A DNA stretch of 63,701 nucleotides, filler included, from Folioceros fuciformis (GCA_049999805.1; 15 parts of 15 records of this genome joined end to end with filler, not necessarily neighbours in it); one strand, 5' to 3'. Counted from the first letter of the whole stretch, positions 11,715 through 24,984 are shown. The notes: generated by a model from the letters alone, not told the origin. Made by a program: numbers and translations.

Positions 11715-14700
11715 TTACATCATCTTTATTATGCTCTCAAGAGTCTCATAAACCATCCTTCTTTCGGAGTGAAGACTATCTTCTGCTAGAAATGCGTGCA
11801 TCTGGCCGTCCAATTCCATCCATGTCCGGCCAGGTTCCTTGTGGACACCGGATCTGAACATCAGCTTTCTAATTTCTGATCGTTCTTCGAGCATGCCAGC
11901 TGCTGCATAAATATTTGACATGATGATATATGCACCAGCGGTGCTTGGATCCAAGCCGATTATGGCATTGAACGCTCGTCTCCCTAAATCAGTGTTGCCG
12001 AGACGGTTGCAAGCCACAAGGATAGACATCCAGACCTCGAGGCCAGGTTGTGAAGGCATCCTGCTGGTGAAGTTCTCTGCCTCATCCAGGTGCCCAGCTC
12101 GACTGAGAAGGTTCACCATGCAAGCATAGTGGTCCTTGCCTGGGGTGATGTCAAAGGTTTCAGACATCGACTGAAATAGAACTCTGCCTTCATCCAGCAA
12201 GCCCGCGTTGCTGCAGGCCGCAAGAAGGCAGAGGAAAGTGATGGAATCTGGACGACTGCCCTCACTTTGCATTTGAGCAAGTAGCTGGAGGGCCTTGTAG
12301 AAATGTCCATGTTGGGCATAGCCCGCTATCATAGCATTCCATGTCACCAGATCTCTGGTCGAAAATCGATCGAACAATGTCTCTGCATCGTCGATGCTCC
12401 CACATTTAGCGTACATGTCGATCAACGCACTCCGCACTACCACATCTGATTCCAGACCAGCTTGTACAGCTTGAGCATGAATTTGCTTTCCTTGAGGCAG
12501 AGCCACCAGGTTCGAACATGCCTTGAGAATGCTGGCAAGTATCACCTTGTCTGGACGCAGGCTCTCCCTTTGCATCTGCTCAAAGAGGTGGAAGGCATCT
12601 CGTAGCTGCCCTGTCTGGACATATCCTGCTATCATTGCAGTCCAAGAGCCCAAATGCTTGTGAGTCAGTCTGTCGAACATTTTGCGGGCATCATGCAGGC
12701 TTCCGCATCTAGAATACATGTCAATTAGAGAGCTGACTAGATGCAAATCTGCACCGAGTCCGCATTTCATGATGTCAGCCTGGATTAGATTTCCCTGTGT
12801 CAAATCTGCTATGGAAGAGCAGGCCCTAAGAATGCTGAGGAACGTGACCTTGTTAGCACACACTCCCTCCAATTGCATACGACGGTAGAGAGCCAGGGCC
12901 TCAGTAGGATCTCCTTGCTGAGAGTACCCTGCAATGACTGCATTCCACGATGAAACATCTATCCTAGGCAACTTGTCAAAGATTCTACGGGCATCCTCCA
13001 GGTTGCCACATTTCACATAAAAGTCTAGCAGGTTGCGACCAATGTAACTGTTTGTATCAAAGCCAGATTGGACTAATTGGACATGGATAAGCCTGCCGTA
13101 GTCAAAAGCTGCTATAGCCGAACAAGCTCTCAAAACACTATTGTAGGTTCCAGTATCTGGGAGCATACCCACTTCTTGCAACTGCTGGAAAAGCTGGAGG
13201 GCCTCAGTACTCGAACCATTCTGCACATATCCTGCAACCATAGCATTCCACGGCAGCCGATCACACTCCTCATGCCCGTAGAAAACTTTCCTCGCGTCAG
13301 CCAGGCTACCACACTTTGAATACATCTCAATCAGTGTACATCGAATTATATCGTCTGAACCGAAGCCTCCTTTCACGATGTGGTTGTGGATGAGCTGGCC
13401 CTGTTCGAGAGCTTCCAGGGTGGCGCAAGCTTTCACCATGCTAACCAGTGTGAACTCATTTGGCTGCAAACCCTCCTCTTGCATCTGCTGATACAACTGC
13501 ATGGCATTCTGCAAATCACCTTCTTGACAATATCCTGCGATCATTGCTGTCCATGAAACGACATGTTTCATACGAATCTTGTCAAACACTGTGCGTGCTG
13601 CGTCCAGACTTCCACATTTCGCAAACATATCGATAGCACTACTCTCCACGTGGTGGTCCGATTCAAAACCACTTTTGAGGCTGTCACAATAGATCAACTT
13701 GCCCAGCTCCAGGGCTGCAACGCAGGAACATGCTTTCAGGACATTTATGTAGGTGACTCTATCTGGATTTATGCCCTCCTGAAGCATTCTATCGTAATGA
13801 ACAATTGCCTCTTGACCAAGGCCTTGCTGTGCATATCCTGCAATCAATACATTCCATGACACCAAGTCTTTGGCTGGCAGTCTGTCAAAGATGTCCTGAG
13901 CATCGCCCAGACTCCCGCACTTTGAATACAAGTCAATGAGGATGCTGCTAACAAATATATCATCATGAAAGCCATACTCAGCTACAGAGGCATGAATCTT
14001 CCTTCCCTCCGCAACGTCTCCTAACATACAACATAGTTTGAGAATACTCACAAAGGTGAACTGGTCAGGATTCACGCCTTTTGCCCGCATCTCCTGAAAG
14101 AGCTCCAGAGCTTCTTGCCAGAGTCCTTGCTGCGAATATCCTCCAATCATTGTGTTCCATGACACAGCGTCCCGTGCCACCATCGTATCAAACACACTAC
14201 GGGCATCCTCCAGAATTCCACATTTGCAATACATGTCCATAAGAGCATTGCAAACAAATACGTTGGACTGGTAGCCGGCCTCCATGACCTGACCATGAAT
14301 CAGCCTCCCCCTTCCTCCTGCTCCTATGCTCCCACAAGCTTTCAGAATGGCAACGTAAACATACTCATCGGCAGTCACATGAGATCCTTGCATTCGATCG
14401 TAAAGTCTGACAGCCGCTTCAGCCTGGCCATTTCTAGCACACACTGTTATGACTGCAGTCCATGCAAACACATCCGGTGCAGGCAGAGTCTCGAACACCT
14501 GGCTTGCTTCATTAGGTTCTCCACAAATAGCATACATCCGTATCAAATGATTTACCAGAAAGAGATCAGATCCAAGTCCAACCTCGACCATCTTACAGTG
14601 AATCTTCCTCCCAGCCACAGAGTCTCGCTGCCATATGCAACATTGCAGAAGACGGTAGAACATCGTCTTGGAGCATTCGTGGACATGTCGGTGCACCAAT

Positions 14701-14864
14701 GATTCCATGACAATTACGGCTTCCCGTAGACGTCCCTCTTCACATAGTTTCCACAAATCCCCTACGGTACCTCCACTTCCTGCCACGCTGCTGAGTGGTA
14801 AGTGATCCACAACCTCCCACACCCTGACCACCAACTTGATGCCACTCTCAAACGTCCCACACAA
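11715..14864 (-). CDS. PLS-class pentatricopeptide repeat protein with E/E+ extension, no DYW domain (organellar RNA-editing factor type)
   Basis: 1049-codon intronless ORF of P-L-S triplets (LIDMYSKCGSL.DA..VF, VSWNAMIAGY), E motifs (HYACMVNLLSRAG, AYIIMSNIYAAAG), PG box KEPGRTWMEL; true start uncertain. Confidence 0.95.
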   Translation of the reverse strand: MCGTFESGIKLVVRVWEVVDHLPLSSVAGSGGTVGDLWKLCEEGRLREAVIVMESLVHRHVHECSKTMFYRLLQCCIWQRDSVAGRKIHCKMVEVGLGSDLFLVNHLIRMYAICGEPNEASQVFETLPAPDVFAWTAVITVCARNGQAEAAVRLYDRMQGSHVTADEYVYVAILKACGSIGAGGRGRLIHGQVMEAGYQSNVFVCNALMDMYCKCGILEDARSVFDTMVARDAVSWNTMIGGYSQQGLWQEALELFQEMRAKGVNPDQFTFVSILKLCCMLGDVAEGRKIHASVAEYGFHDDIFVSSILIDLYSKCGSLGDAQDIFDRLPAKDLVSWNVLIAGYAQQGLGQEAIVHYDRMLQEGINPDRVTYINVLKACSCVAALELGKLIYCDSLKSGFESDHHVESSAIDMFAKCGSLDAARTVFDKIRMKHVVSWTAMIAGYCQEGDLQNAMQLYQQMQEEGLQPNEFTLVSMVKACATLEALEQGQLIHNHIVKGGFGSDDIIRCTLIEMYSKCGSLADARKVFYGHEECDRLPWNAMVAGYVQNGSSTEALQLFQQLQEVGMLPDTGTYNSVLRACSAIAAFDYGRLIHVQLVQSGFDTNSYIGRNLLDFYVKCGNLEDARRIFDKLPRIDVSSWNAVIAGYSQQGDPTEALALYRRMQLEGVCANKVTFLSILRACSSIADLTQGNLIQADIMKCGLGADLHLVSSLIDMYSRCGSLHDARKMFDRLTHKHLGSWTAMIAGYVQTGQLRDAFHLFEQMQRESLRPDKVILASILKACSNLVALPQGKQIHAQAVQAGLESDVVVRSALIDMYAKCGSIDDAETLFDRFSTRDLVTWNAMIAGYAQHGHFYKALQLLAQMQSEGSRPDSITFLCLLAACSNAGLLDEGRVLFQSMSETFDITPGKDHYACMVNLLSRAGHLDEAENFTSRMPSQPGLEVWMSILVACNRLGNTDLGRRAFNAIIGLDPSTAGAYIIMSNIYAAAGMLEERSEIRKLMFRSGVHKEPGRTWMELDGQMHAFLAEDSLHSERRMVYETLESIIKMM

Positions 14865-15034
14865 CAGTCTACGCTCGCAACTGCAACTGAAAACTCGTAC
14901 CTTAAGCCTTCGGAGTTTGGGGATTGCATACAGGNNNNNNNNNNNNNNNNNNNNNNNNNNNNNNNNNNNNNNNNNNNNTTAATTAATTAANNNNNNNNNN
15001 NNNNNNNNNNNNNNNNNNNNNNNNNNNNNNNNNN

Positions 15035-16872
15035 TCCGTCCCACCAAGAAACCGCTCACAACCAATTCCACCAAGCCCACAACATCCTCAGTGCAGTGCG
15101 AGCTGTCGCACGATATGGTACCTTAGAACTTGCTCGGGAGCCCTGGCCAAACGAGCTTGGAAAGACGCCCAATGCTGCAGCTCCTTAGATGCCTGCACAT
15201 CACAGCTGGGTGACTCAGTGCTGCTACCCCTGCAGTGCACACAAAAAGCCACGCTCTGAAGAGGTCAAGTCACCACCTACCTGCTCCACTCCTTGAACAT
15301 CTGTATCGGATGGCGTTTCTGCCATCCTTCTCATATAATCGATGTATAAGCTCCTTTCTCTGGATCGTGCACTGTAATCTCCTTGCCCTACAACCTGCTC
15401 GGGAGGTTCATCGTCTACCACAAGTTCGAACTCAGGCCACAGGCTGGTGCTCGCAGCCAGAGCGATGCCATCGGTGCACTTACGCGCTCCCCCGTTGGCT
15501 GCACTACTCTTGTCTACGTCCATCTTATTCTGATTGTCACAGTTATCCCCTGTGTTGCTTGCCTTGGCTGCTTGGACCTCACGGCAGAAGGATGCGTGAC
15601 CGCTTCTCCAATGCAGCAACTGATCAACATTGCCAACCACTGCTGTCAGGGACTATGCCACAATCAAAGGAAAACACATGGCAAGTCAGTTTAGCACCAC
15701 TCTCTACTCTGAAATCACCTGATGGCTCTTGGAGCAATACCGGGTTTGTTTACAGCCCCCGCACATCTTCTTGGCAGCCTTCCATGTTCCACACCAACTG
15801 CAAAGGAAAGCTGCATCAACCCGACATTACGTGCGTCAGTCAGCGGGCAATGTTAAGATTAGAAACCTGTTCATCTGAGCATCCATTCAGGTGGAAAAAA
15901 CAGCTCTTGTCACAATATTGGGGCCCAACCCTAAACCCTAGAAACAACATACCTCCTTCACACGATGGAGCATCTTCCCCATCAGACCGTGGAGGTGAAG
16001 CTGAATAGTAAGGATTTTTACGGGGAAGCTGGGACCGGAAGACCTTAACACTGGCCAGTTACACCACACATGTCATTCCCCGTCTAAGATCTAAGATGCT
16101 GACAAGCGAATGATCTATCACCCACTGAAGAGGTCCAGCTTTCCGAAAACAACCTCTGCTGGAATTCGAGCAGAACCTCACCTCCTGGGTCCTTTGTGCG
16201 TCGCATGACTTTTCTGCTCCGCTTGATCCTTTTGGACGCAAGCCATGCTAGTGCACATGAAGACGAACAAAGTTCTGTGGAAAGCCTCATCTACATCATC
16301 AATGGGGCTATAAACCTGTATCATCCACAAGACACGGTTACTTCACAGCCCCTTGGAAATTGTCACATTCCTCCACCACAGCAGCCCACCACTAAAGAGA
16401 ATGACCTGCAACATAAACTCCAAAGGATTCTTACAGAATCCACAGCTGCTGTCCTGGCCGTCCGGAAGTCTCACAGGGTCCAACCATGCCTACAAAACAA
16501 AAAAATCCAGATCCGTCAGACTGTGTCGAGTGCAGCTCAGTGTTGAGGTCAAACGCAGCCCTCCTAAAACCTAACGTCAGATAGAATGGGCCATACTGGA
16601 GTGCCGCCAGCTTTGCTCGGGAAATGGTGCCTCGCCAGGACCCACGCTTTCTTGGGTTTTTGCGCATACCCAACCATGACACGGGGCAATCCATCCTCCT
16701 CCTCCTCCTCTTCTTCGTCATCATCGAAGTCCTCGACATCCCCATCACCATTCCCATCCCCTCTATCGGTATCACTTCCCTCCTCTTCTTCAACATCCTC
16801 GGCTTCTAGGGACTTCAGATGCAAATCTCGCATGCGATCCTCTAGCTCGCCTTCCTCGGTGATTTGTACCAT
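15035..16872 (-). CDS. PDCD2: Programmed cell death protein 2 homolog (MYND finger), multi-exon, 3' truncated
   Basis: Acidic N-terminus, LARHHFPSKAGGTP; MYND exon CSWCGTWKAAKKMCGGCKQTRYCSKSHQ (about 15720-15805) continuing LLHWRSGHASFC; LWPEFELV. Confidence 0.9.
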
Positions 16873-16978
16873 GGTGACGGCTGAAAATGAAACCCACAGG
16901 GTAAAGACCTCTAAATTCTTCCTGGGCAGACGCGATGGAGATGCCTAGTTTCGCAAGAAGCTTCGCTTGACTTACATG

Positions 16979-17126
16979 GGACACTGACTCATTTCTATTC
17001 TGGTTCCTACCAAAATAGAAACGTTTTGTCTACCAAGTCCCATGGCGGAAATCCCTTGACTTATACAGTATAGGACACTGACTCGTTTCTATTCTGGTTC
17101 CTACCAAAATAGAAAGATTTTGTCTA
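16979..17126. repeat. Duplicated 54-bp block in the divergent PDCD2 / P4-ATPase intergenic region
   Basis: ggacactgactc(a/g)tttctattctggttcctaccaaaatagaaa(c/g)..tttgtcta at about 16979 and 17073. Confidence 0.8.
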
Positions 17127-17468
17127 AGCGGAAATCCGTCCTTTAGTGGACTCTAAAATTTTGCTTCTCCTTCTATTTTGGTTCCTGCTATCCTGGCACT
17201 TCGGAAAACCCGGACACGATGTGTCGCAGTTTGGCAGGTCACCCGGCAGCCTGGAGTGCCTCAGGCGCCGGCCGCGTGGTATCGTGGCCCAAAGTCAGTG
17301 TCGTCTCTTTACGCAATACATGGTTGCAACTTCGCGGAAGTGTTCCCGGTGCTCACCTGGCTGCTGCTCCTCCAGGCATCATCGCCCTATTACAGTATGG
17401 ACGGGGCCGCTGGGTAGAGTAGGGGACTCTCCGGATCGCCTCCTAGGACGTGACGTTGGGGATTGAGT

Positions 17469-20400
17469 ATGGGTTGGTTGGCCGTATCCTGGCATTCCCG
17501 TCTAAAGCGCAGGTGGTGCCGGGGCCGGGAGCCGTCTGCTTCTTCACTGCGCGATTTCCCTTCTGCGTCTGATGATGTACATCATGTGCACTGCAATCAG
17601 CCTCACCTCAACTCGGCCTTTGGGTTTGCTACCTTCCTACTCTGTCCGTGTCGTATCTGCTGCTGCAGGTCCCTCTCGCAAGTGTGCCCACCTTGTGTGT
17701 CCTATCGGCAGGTACCCCGGAAACGAGACCAGGACTACCAAGTATACTTGGTATGACTTCCTGCCCAAGTCGCTTTTCGAGCAATACAGGAGAGCAGCCT
17801 ACTGGTACTTCACAGCCATGGCAGCTTTGTCTCTCACTCCATTCAGTCCATACAGCAGTATCAGTGTTATACTGCCCTTGGCATTTGTGCTTGCCTTGGG
17901 GATGGGTCGGGAACTCTGGGAAGACTGGCGCCGGGCTGAAGGGGATAGGCAAGTGAACTCCAGGTCTGTTCTGGTCGCCTCACCTGATAGTACACTGGTG
18001 ACAAAGCAGTGGAAGGACCTCAGGGTGGGCGATGTGGTTAAAGTGGAAGATAACGATTACTTCCCTGCGGATTTGCTTTTGTTGTCTTCCAGTCTTGAGC
18101 AAGGCTCTTGCTATGTGGAGACCAAAAACCTGGATGGAGAAACAAATCTCAAGGTGAGCTCAGTCAGAGCCGTTTTGCGTTCCACGTCGTTTGTCACACT
18201 TTAACTCCACTCTTGCTTGGAATTTATTTAGGCAGGTCCGACAAGCACTGGACTCCACCCTTGATCTCCGGCACTTGCCTCAGATCGCCCGTTTCACTGC
18301 TCATCTGACCTGTGATGCTCCTAATGCACATCTGTACACGTTCAATGGGGTGTTGGAACTTTCGGACGGCCCTTCCTTATCTGTGGGTCCCTTGCAGATC
18401 CTCCTACGAGACTCCACCCTACAGAACACAGGGCATGTGTTTGGAGTGGTGATATACTCTGGTCATGACACGAAGGTCATGCAGAATGCAACTCCTCCGC
18501 CCTCCAAACGCAGTCGAATCGATCTGTCACTTGACAAAGTCATCTGGGTCATGTTCTTGGTACTGTTCATCCTCAGCTTCATCACAGGCTTGGTCTTCGG
18601 CATCATCACCCAAGTGTACGGACGGCGTATGCTGTATCTGCGACCCGGCGTATCGGACCCTTATTTCAATCCCAATAGAGCTGCTGTGGCGGGCATTGTG
18701 TCCTTTGTCACTAGCTTGGTGCTCTATGGGTACCTGGTGCCGATTGCTCTTTACGTCACGCTAGAGATTGTCCGCGTAATTCAAGCTCTCTTCATCATGC
18801 AAGATTTGCTCATGTATGACGAGGATAGTGGGAGGGCAGCCAAGGTGAAGTCAGCTGGCCTCAACGAAGAACTGGGCCAAGTGGACACCATCTTATCTGA
18901 CAAAACTGGAACGCTCACAAGGAATCAGATGGACTTTTTCCGGTGCACAATAGCTGGGGTGTCTTATGGGACAGGAACTACTGAAGTTGAGAGAGCAGCC
19001 GAAGAGTTGGGTCTAGACATCATCAATGACAGAAGCACCGCTGCCCAACTGCAGCCCAATCGGACGTATCAGGATGTTGATCCTCAGCTGACAGAGGACA
19101 CACCTCGAGTGCCGGGCTTCAACTTCCGTGATACGAGAATTTTGGGGGGTAATTGGGTGAAGGAGGACAGCGCTAACACCATTCAGTTCTTCTTCCAGGT
19201 CCTTGCCCTGTGCCATACAGCAATTCCGCAAGGGGATGTGGAGGACATGTCCGCCATAACTTACAGGGCCGAGTCCCCTGACGAAGCGGCTCTTGTAGTG
19301 GCTGCTAAGCAGTTTGGACTGTGCTTCTACAAGAGGACGTCTACCTCACTACACATTAGGGAAGTGTTGCCAGATTCGGATGGCGGGGACACGAGCTATG
19401 AGCTTCTGAACATCCTCGAATTCAGTAGCGCAAGGAAGCGCATGTCCGTCATTGTGCGGTTTCCGGATGGAAAGTTGATTTTGCTCTGTAAAGGTGCTGA
19501 TTCCGTTTTGCAGGAGAGGGTCCATCCCACAGCCAATGGCTGGGTGAAGGAAACCATGGACCATCTGCGACAATTCGGGGAGGTGGGGTTGCGTACTTTG
19601 GTTGTAGCATACAGAGAGCTGGAAGTTGAAGAATACGAGCAATGGAATCAGTTATACACTGCTGCCAAGAATGTAGTTGGAGCCGATCGGGAGACACGGG
19701 TAGAGGCAGTAGAGGAGGAAATTGAGAAGGGTTTAATCGTCATTGGTGGGACTGGGGTAGAGGACAAGCTTCAGGTCGGTGTGCCTGACACAATCGATCG
19801 GCTTGCGCATGCTGGTATCAAGATCTGGATGCTGACGGGGGATAAGGTGGAAACCGCCATCAACATTGGTTACGCTTGCAGGTGAGCTTTTGCATGGTTT
19901 CCGTTTCTCGTGTTGTCTTGAGCTTGATGTCTTTCAATCTTGGGGGCTTGCAGTCTGCTGCGCAAGGGCATGGAGAAAATCATCGTGAGTTTAGATTCTA
20001 GCGAAGCTCGACATATCAAAGAAATTTTTCCAAGGGAACAAGCCACTCAGGTTGTGACCCAGGCAAAGCACCACCTCCTGCGTTCCTGGCGGTGTGCTGT
20101 GGTTGAGCGTTTGCATTGATATGAGGTTGGACTGAGTGCGTGCAGCGTCTGAAAGACTTGGTTGGTTCAAGGTTGGGGGAAGGTCTGCAGTCATTGGAAG
20201 ATACTCGGGGCGATATTGGAGGTTTGAGTGAGTGGAGCAGGAGGCTGCAGCGGTTGCAGTCGAAACGCAGTCTTCGTAGCAACAGTCTCGGGGGTAGCCG
20301 GAGGAGGAGCTCGAACGTCAATGGGTTGGAGGAGGAAGACGACATGGGACAATCTCTGAGCAAGCGTTTGAGCGTCGGCGAGACCGAGACTTGGTCTGTA

Positions 20401-21816
20401 GGGCCTGCTTCCCACGCCCTCGTCATCGATGGCCAATCTCTCTCTCTCATTCTAGCAGACGAGGCTTTGCAAAGGGGCTTCTTGCAGCTGTGTCTACAGT
20501 GCAGTTCGGTGCTCTGCTGTCGTGTGTCACCTAGGCAAAAAGCCCAGGTGACCCAGCTGGTTAGGAAAGGTCTTGGCCAAAACAAGTTGTGCTTAGCAAT
20601 TGGAGATGGTGCTAACGACGTGGGCATGATTCAAGCCGCAAATGTGGGTGTTGGGATTGCAGGTGTGGAAGGTGCCCAGGTACGTACTTCCCCCACCAGG
20701 TGCGGTGTTAAGCAATGTATCACACATTCAAACCAGCCTCTGGTCTCACGCGCTGCTGAATGGACAGGCAGCTATGGCGGCTGATTACGCTATTGGGCAA
20801 TTCAGATTTCTGCAGCGTTTGTTGCTGGTGCATGGTCATTGGTGCTATCGCCGAATTTCAAGCGTGGTATGTTTCTTGTCCCGCTGGATGCAGCCGGCTT
20901 TATCTACTCGTTTGGTCTTCATTCCGAAGTTGGTGTGACTTAGTGTTTTTTTCTCTCTGTTTTGAACCATTTCCCAGAGGAGAAAGATGGGAGGGGAAGG
21001 CATCCACTTCGCTTCGTTGTCCATTCTGACTGTGGTGATGCGCGAAGTTGCTCTGGATCTTCAAGTGTTTTTCAGACTACTAACTTCGACTGGATCTGCC
21101 TGCTCCAGATCCTCTACTTCTTCTACAAGGTTTGCATAATGGGATGGATAGCCGTGTACTCCAACATGTTCAGCTTCGCGTCCGGAGAGCCCTTGTACAA
21201 CTCATGGTATGCCTCCTTCTATAATACAGTGTTCACGGCTCTACCCATCGGGGTGGTGGGCGTTATGGACCAAGACGCATCTGCCCAAGAGCTAATCCTT
21301 CACCCTGAATTGTACCGAACGGGCCAGAGCAAGGCGTACTTCAACGGACGGCTTCTGATGTTATACATAGTTAACTCCGTGTGGGCGTCGTTGGTCATTT
21401 TTTTCTTCCCGGTCGCTCTGGTCTGGGCAGGAGCCGTGCGTAGGCAGGGACAGGTGGCCGATCTGCAGGATTTCGGGGTCTTCATGTTCCAGGGCGTTGT
21501 TCTGGTGCCCACCCTGCAGCTGGCAGCAAGCATCCACTACTTTACGTGGATCCATCACCTGGCGTTGTGGGGGAGTATCGCTTCCTGGTACCTTTTCCTC
21601 CTTGTCTATGGCGCTTTCTCGCCTCTTCTCTCCACCACGGCGTATCGGGAGTTGGTGGAAGTTGCTGCACCGTCCGCTTCCTTCTGGCTCCTTTCACTTC
21701 TCCACTTAGCCGCAGCGCTGTGGCCCTACCTAGCCGCCCGCAGCGTCCTGGCCCGTTTCTTCCCCACCCGCGTGCAGATTGTGCGGGAAGCCGGAGACCG
21801 TGGCCTTGCTCCGTGA
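17469..21816 (+). CDS. ALA: Phospholipid-transporting P4-ATPase (aminophospholipid flippase), multi-exon
   Basis: Exon 1 17469-17623 (VHCNQPHLN) splices to [83 protein letters not shown]-terminal TM helices; short GT-AG introns. Confidence 0.96.
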
Positions 21817-22042
21817 ACTCCGGGGTGGCGTTTTGGAAACATGGGTTGGGACGACCATGGAAGCAAAAGGAACGCTGTCCTCTCGTTGATGTTGCGAGGG
21901 TCATTGTACCTTCTCGATCACGCCGGGTTTTGTTGGTGATCGNNNNNNNNNNNNNNNNNNNNNNNNNNNNNNNNNNNNNNNNNNNNTTAATTAATTAANN
22001 NNNNNNNNNNNNNNNNNNNNNNNNNNNNNNNNNNNNNNNNNN

Positions 22043-23686
22043 TCGCGGCCACGTCCCGGCAGGATAAGCGCTGCCCTCTCCCGGCGCTCCCTGACCTCTC
22101 TGATCTGCTCAACATCCACATTGAAAGCCGCAGCTGCTATCTCTTCCGGCAGATTCCGGTAGACGGACGTGCTGCCTGCAAGGGCCTCCACCAAAGGCCT
22201 GCACACGGAATGGAAGGGATCACATGGCCGGTTAGCATTGCTCATAGCAGGAGACATGAATGGATTGAATGGGTTGCGTTCGCCGGGATGGCATGCAGCT
22301 TACTGGTCGGTGGTGTGGAAGGCAACCCATTCCAAGCCTTCGTCTCCAGCCTGGAAGCCGTGAGGGTAGAATCGTGGGACTACGAAGGCATCACCTTCCT
22401 CTATGTCCTGGCTCGCAAGACGCTCTCCATTGTTGCCAGCGATTTCCAGCCTTGCACGACCTCTCAGAACGTGCACAACAGCATGGCCATTCAGATTCCA
22501 TTGAGGAGCCAGAATGGCATTCTGGGAAAACAGGAGTTCACGCACATGGGTCAGGCACTCACTGCATCCATCAAAAACATTCATAGCAGACTGCGAATCG
22601 CCATTGATCGAGACTGCGGTAGCGGAGCAGGCAGAGAGTACTTACCGGCTCAAGGCGGCCGTACGATGCACCCAAGTTGACATTCTCGAGGATGGGGAGC
22701 TTGAACCTGTTGGCGCTGTTGTAGAGTCCGGCACTGTGGACTCTCACATCAGCTGAACCTTCCCGAATGTTGTAGGCGAACTCGCCGTTGGCAATGTGCT
22801 GACGCAAGTCGGTCTGGCTGGCCCGGTGCGCACCGTTACTTCGGCTCTCTTCGATTCTCACATCACGCTCAGCAAGGACGATGCCGGAGCCCCGCTGGCT
22901 TTCGAGGAGGTCGTCCACCTGCCTCTCATCCACGTCCCAGGCATCCGCCAAGAATTCTCTCCTGAATCCGTGCAGAATTCCACGGAACTCCTGCTGCCCT
23001 GCCCGCCGCAGCTCATCCTCCTGGTCCTGGCCTCCTCCAATCAAGAAAAAGCTCTGCATGGGACATGCATGCAGAGGACCGTAAGTCAGGCCACGCCGAA
23101 TTGCACAGTCTGCAAAGCATTGCAGCTCAAGCTCAATTCGCACCCTGGGTTCGCCAGCCTCATCTCCTGCCGAAGTCTGGGCAAGGCCCAGGATACGGAG
23201 CTCGGAGTCGCCGGAATTGTACCACCAGGAAGCAATCCCTCGAGGGAAGGCCACAATATCACCGCGTCGCACTCGCCTCACACCAGACGACTCTCCAAAG
23301 GAGTAGCCGGTGAGAATCCCTGCATATCCCTCACCTGCAGGCCATCACACCGACTTCATCAACAACACGGCTTTGGACAACCGTGCAGCACTGGGTCATG
23401 TGTATGCGACTGTGGGCTTACCGTCCTCCACGTAGCCGATGCAGGCGGAGTCGGAATACTTCGGCAGCACAAGGCCGCGCTGCTTGATCGTGATTCTGGC
23501 AGCGACCACATTGGCGTCTCTGAGAGACCGGATGTTGGACCAAGCTTCCACTCTGCCTCCGTCGGTGCGCAGAACCTCCCGAGGCTCCTCCAGCTGCAGC
23601 TCAGCTCTGAAGCCTGCTGCGGCGCCCGCGCATGACAAGGCCACGGCCAAGGCCAAGGCCAAGGCCAGCGCCCATTTCGAATCCAT
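22043..23686 (-). CDS. Legumin/11S-globulin-like bicupin storage protein; 5 exons (about 23686-23422, 23334-23144, 23053-22646, 22521-22304, 22198 to fragment end)
   Basis: Signal peptide MDSKWALALAL; RGLVLPKYSDS, RRGDIVAFPRGIASWWYNSG, SFFLIGG, ILHGF.REFLADAW, FKLPILENVNLGA, NAILAPQWNLNGH, LAGSTSVYRNLPEE; canonical splice sites. Confidence 0.9.
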
Positions 23687-24984
23687 CGCCCACTGTTTGA
23701 TGCCGGTAGCCTCCACAACCCTCCCCAATAGCTGCTGTCACAAACGGAGAGGGACTCCAAGATGGTGCTCCCCTCCCTCGCCATCTGCTGCATTTGTAGT
23801 GGGAGGGCCAGGAGGACGCACACATGCAAACATGTCCCAAGTGCAGTTCGACTTGGCGTTGGGCCCGCCAGTCGGCCACAGGAGCGCAGTCTTGGCGCCG
23901 CACCGGGTGGCATTGTGAGACACTTGTTCCTCATCTCCCACTGAAATTGAACACGGCCTTCGTGCAGCTCTGCGCTGCTTGCAATCATGTTCATGGGCCA
24001 GCACACGCTTGGAAAAACGATGCAAGCATTGTGACGCCGTCCAGCCTCCCTCCCATTCGTGGACTTTTCCAGAGAAATATGCAAACCAACTCCAGTGCCT
24101 TCAACAGCTTTTGGTTTTGCTGCTCACGTCCTCAGAATTCGAGGCCCGCTGCCCTGCCCTGCCCTCAGAGAAAGCCCATCTTCTTCTTTCAGCGCATCCT
24201 GGCCTCAAGCGCAACCTGACAAGAGGCGCCCATGGGAGGAAGCCAACGCAAGGCTAGTCCTCCGCGTTCCTCGAGTAGGGCCTTCCCGTATGCATCATCC
24301 GGCCAGCCAACTGTGCCAAATCAATCAGCTCCAGACACGTCCGTCAGTCCTTGGATACAACAAACGAGACAACGGTATCCATGAGAGCCGATTCGAAAGC
24401 CTGCGGGCGAGAATACGGCCAACATGGCCAGCCTTCCAGAGGTCAGCCTGCTGGCAGAAACTGGGAATTAAACTACAGAAACCCCCCTACGCATGTGCAG
24501 GATGAGCATGATGCTGCAAGCCCGAGGGCCAAGGGTCTTCAAGATGCTGCTTGTTTGCACAGGTTGGGTTGATCTGTGCATCCCTCACTGCTGTACGTGC
24601 TGCTTGCTGGGTTTCCTCTCTACTGCTTCGCCTGTCGACCCTTTGTGGGAATGTTTGTGCGATGAATTCTAGCCGACATCCAGCCCTCTGCGATGCGAGC
24701 TACACCCCCTGACAACAGAATCTTGCATTGTCTTCTTACTTTTGACATCTTCTGCCTAGTGGAGGTCTAGTAAAAACGAAAATACTGTATGTCGAAGACG
24801 AGACATTCACCCTAAGTTCCAGAGCCAGGTGTTCGTGCAGCGTACAGTAACCAGTTTACGTGGAAGGAAACACTTGACCGGAGATGCTGCAACCTGTCAT
24901 GGAAGACGAGTTCCCAGGATGAAGCCTTGCAAGAGCTGTGACCGGATCGTCCGCCATGAAACCTGGCTTAAGGGTCCCTCAAAA

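Noticed and set aside
11400-11715. DYW deaminase domain after the E+ motif
   Set aside because: No HxE or CxxCH motifs seen downstream of the stop.
23815-23840. RY (CATGCA) seed-storage element upstream of the legumin gene
   Set aside because: Single hexamer, expected by chance; no full legumin box.
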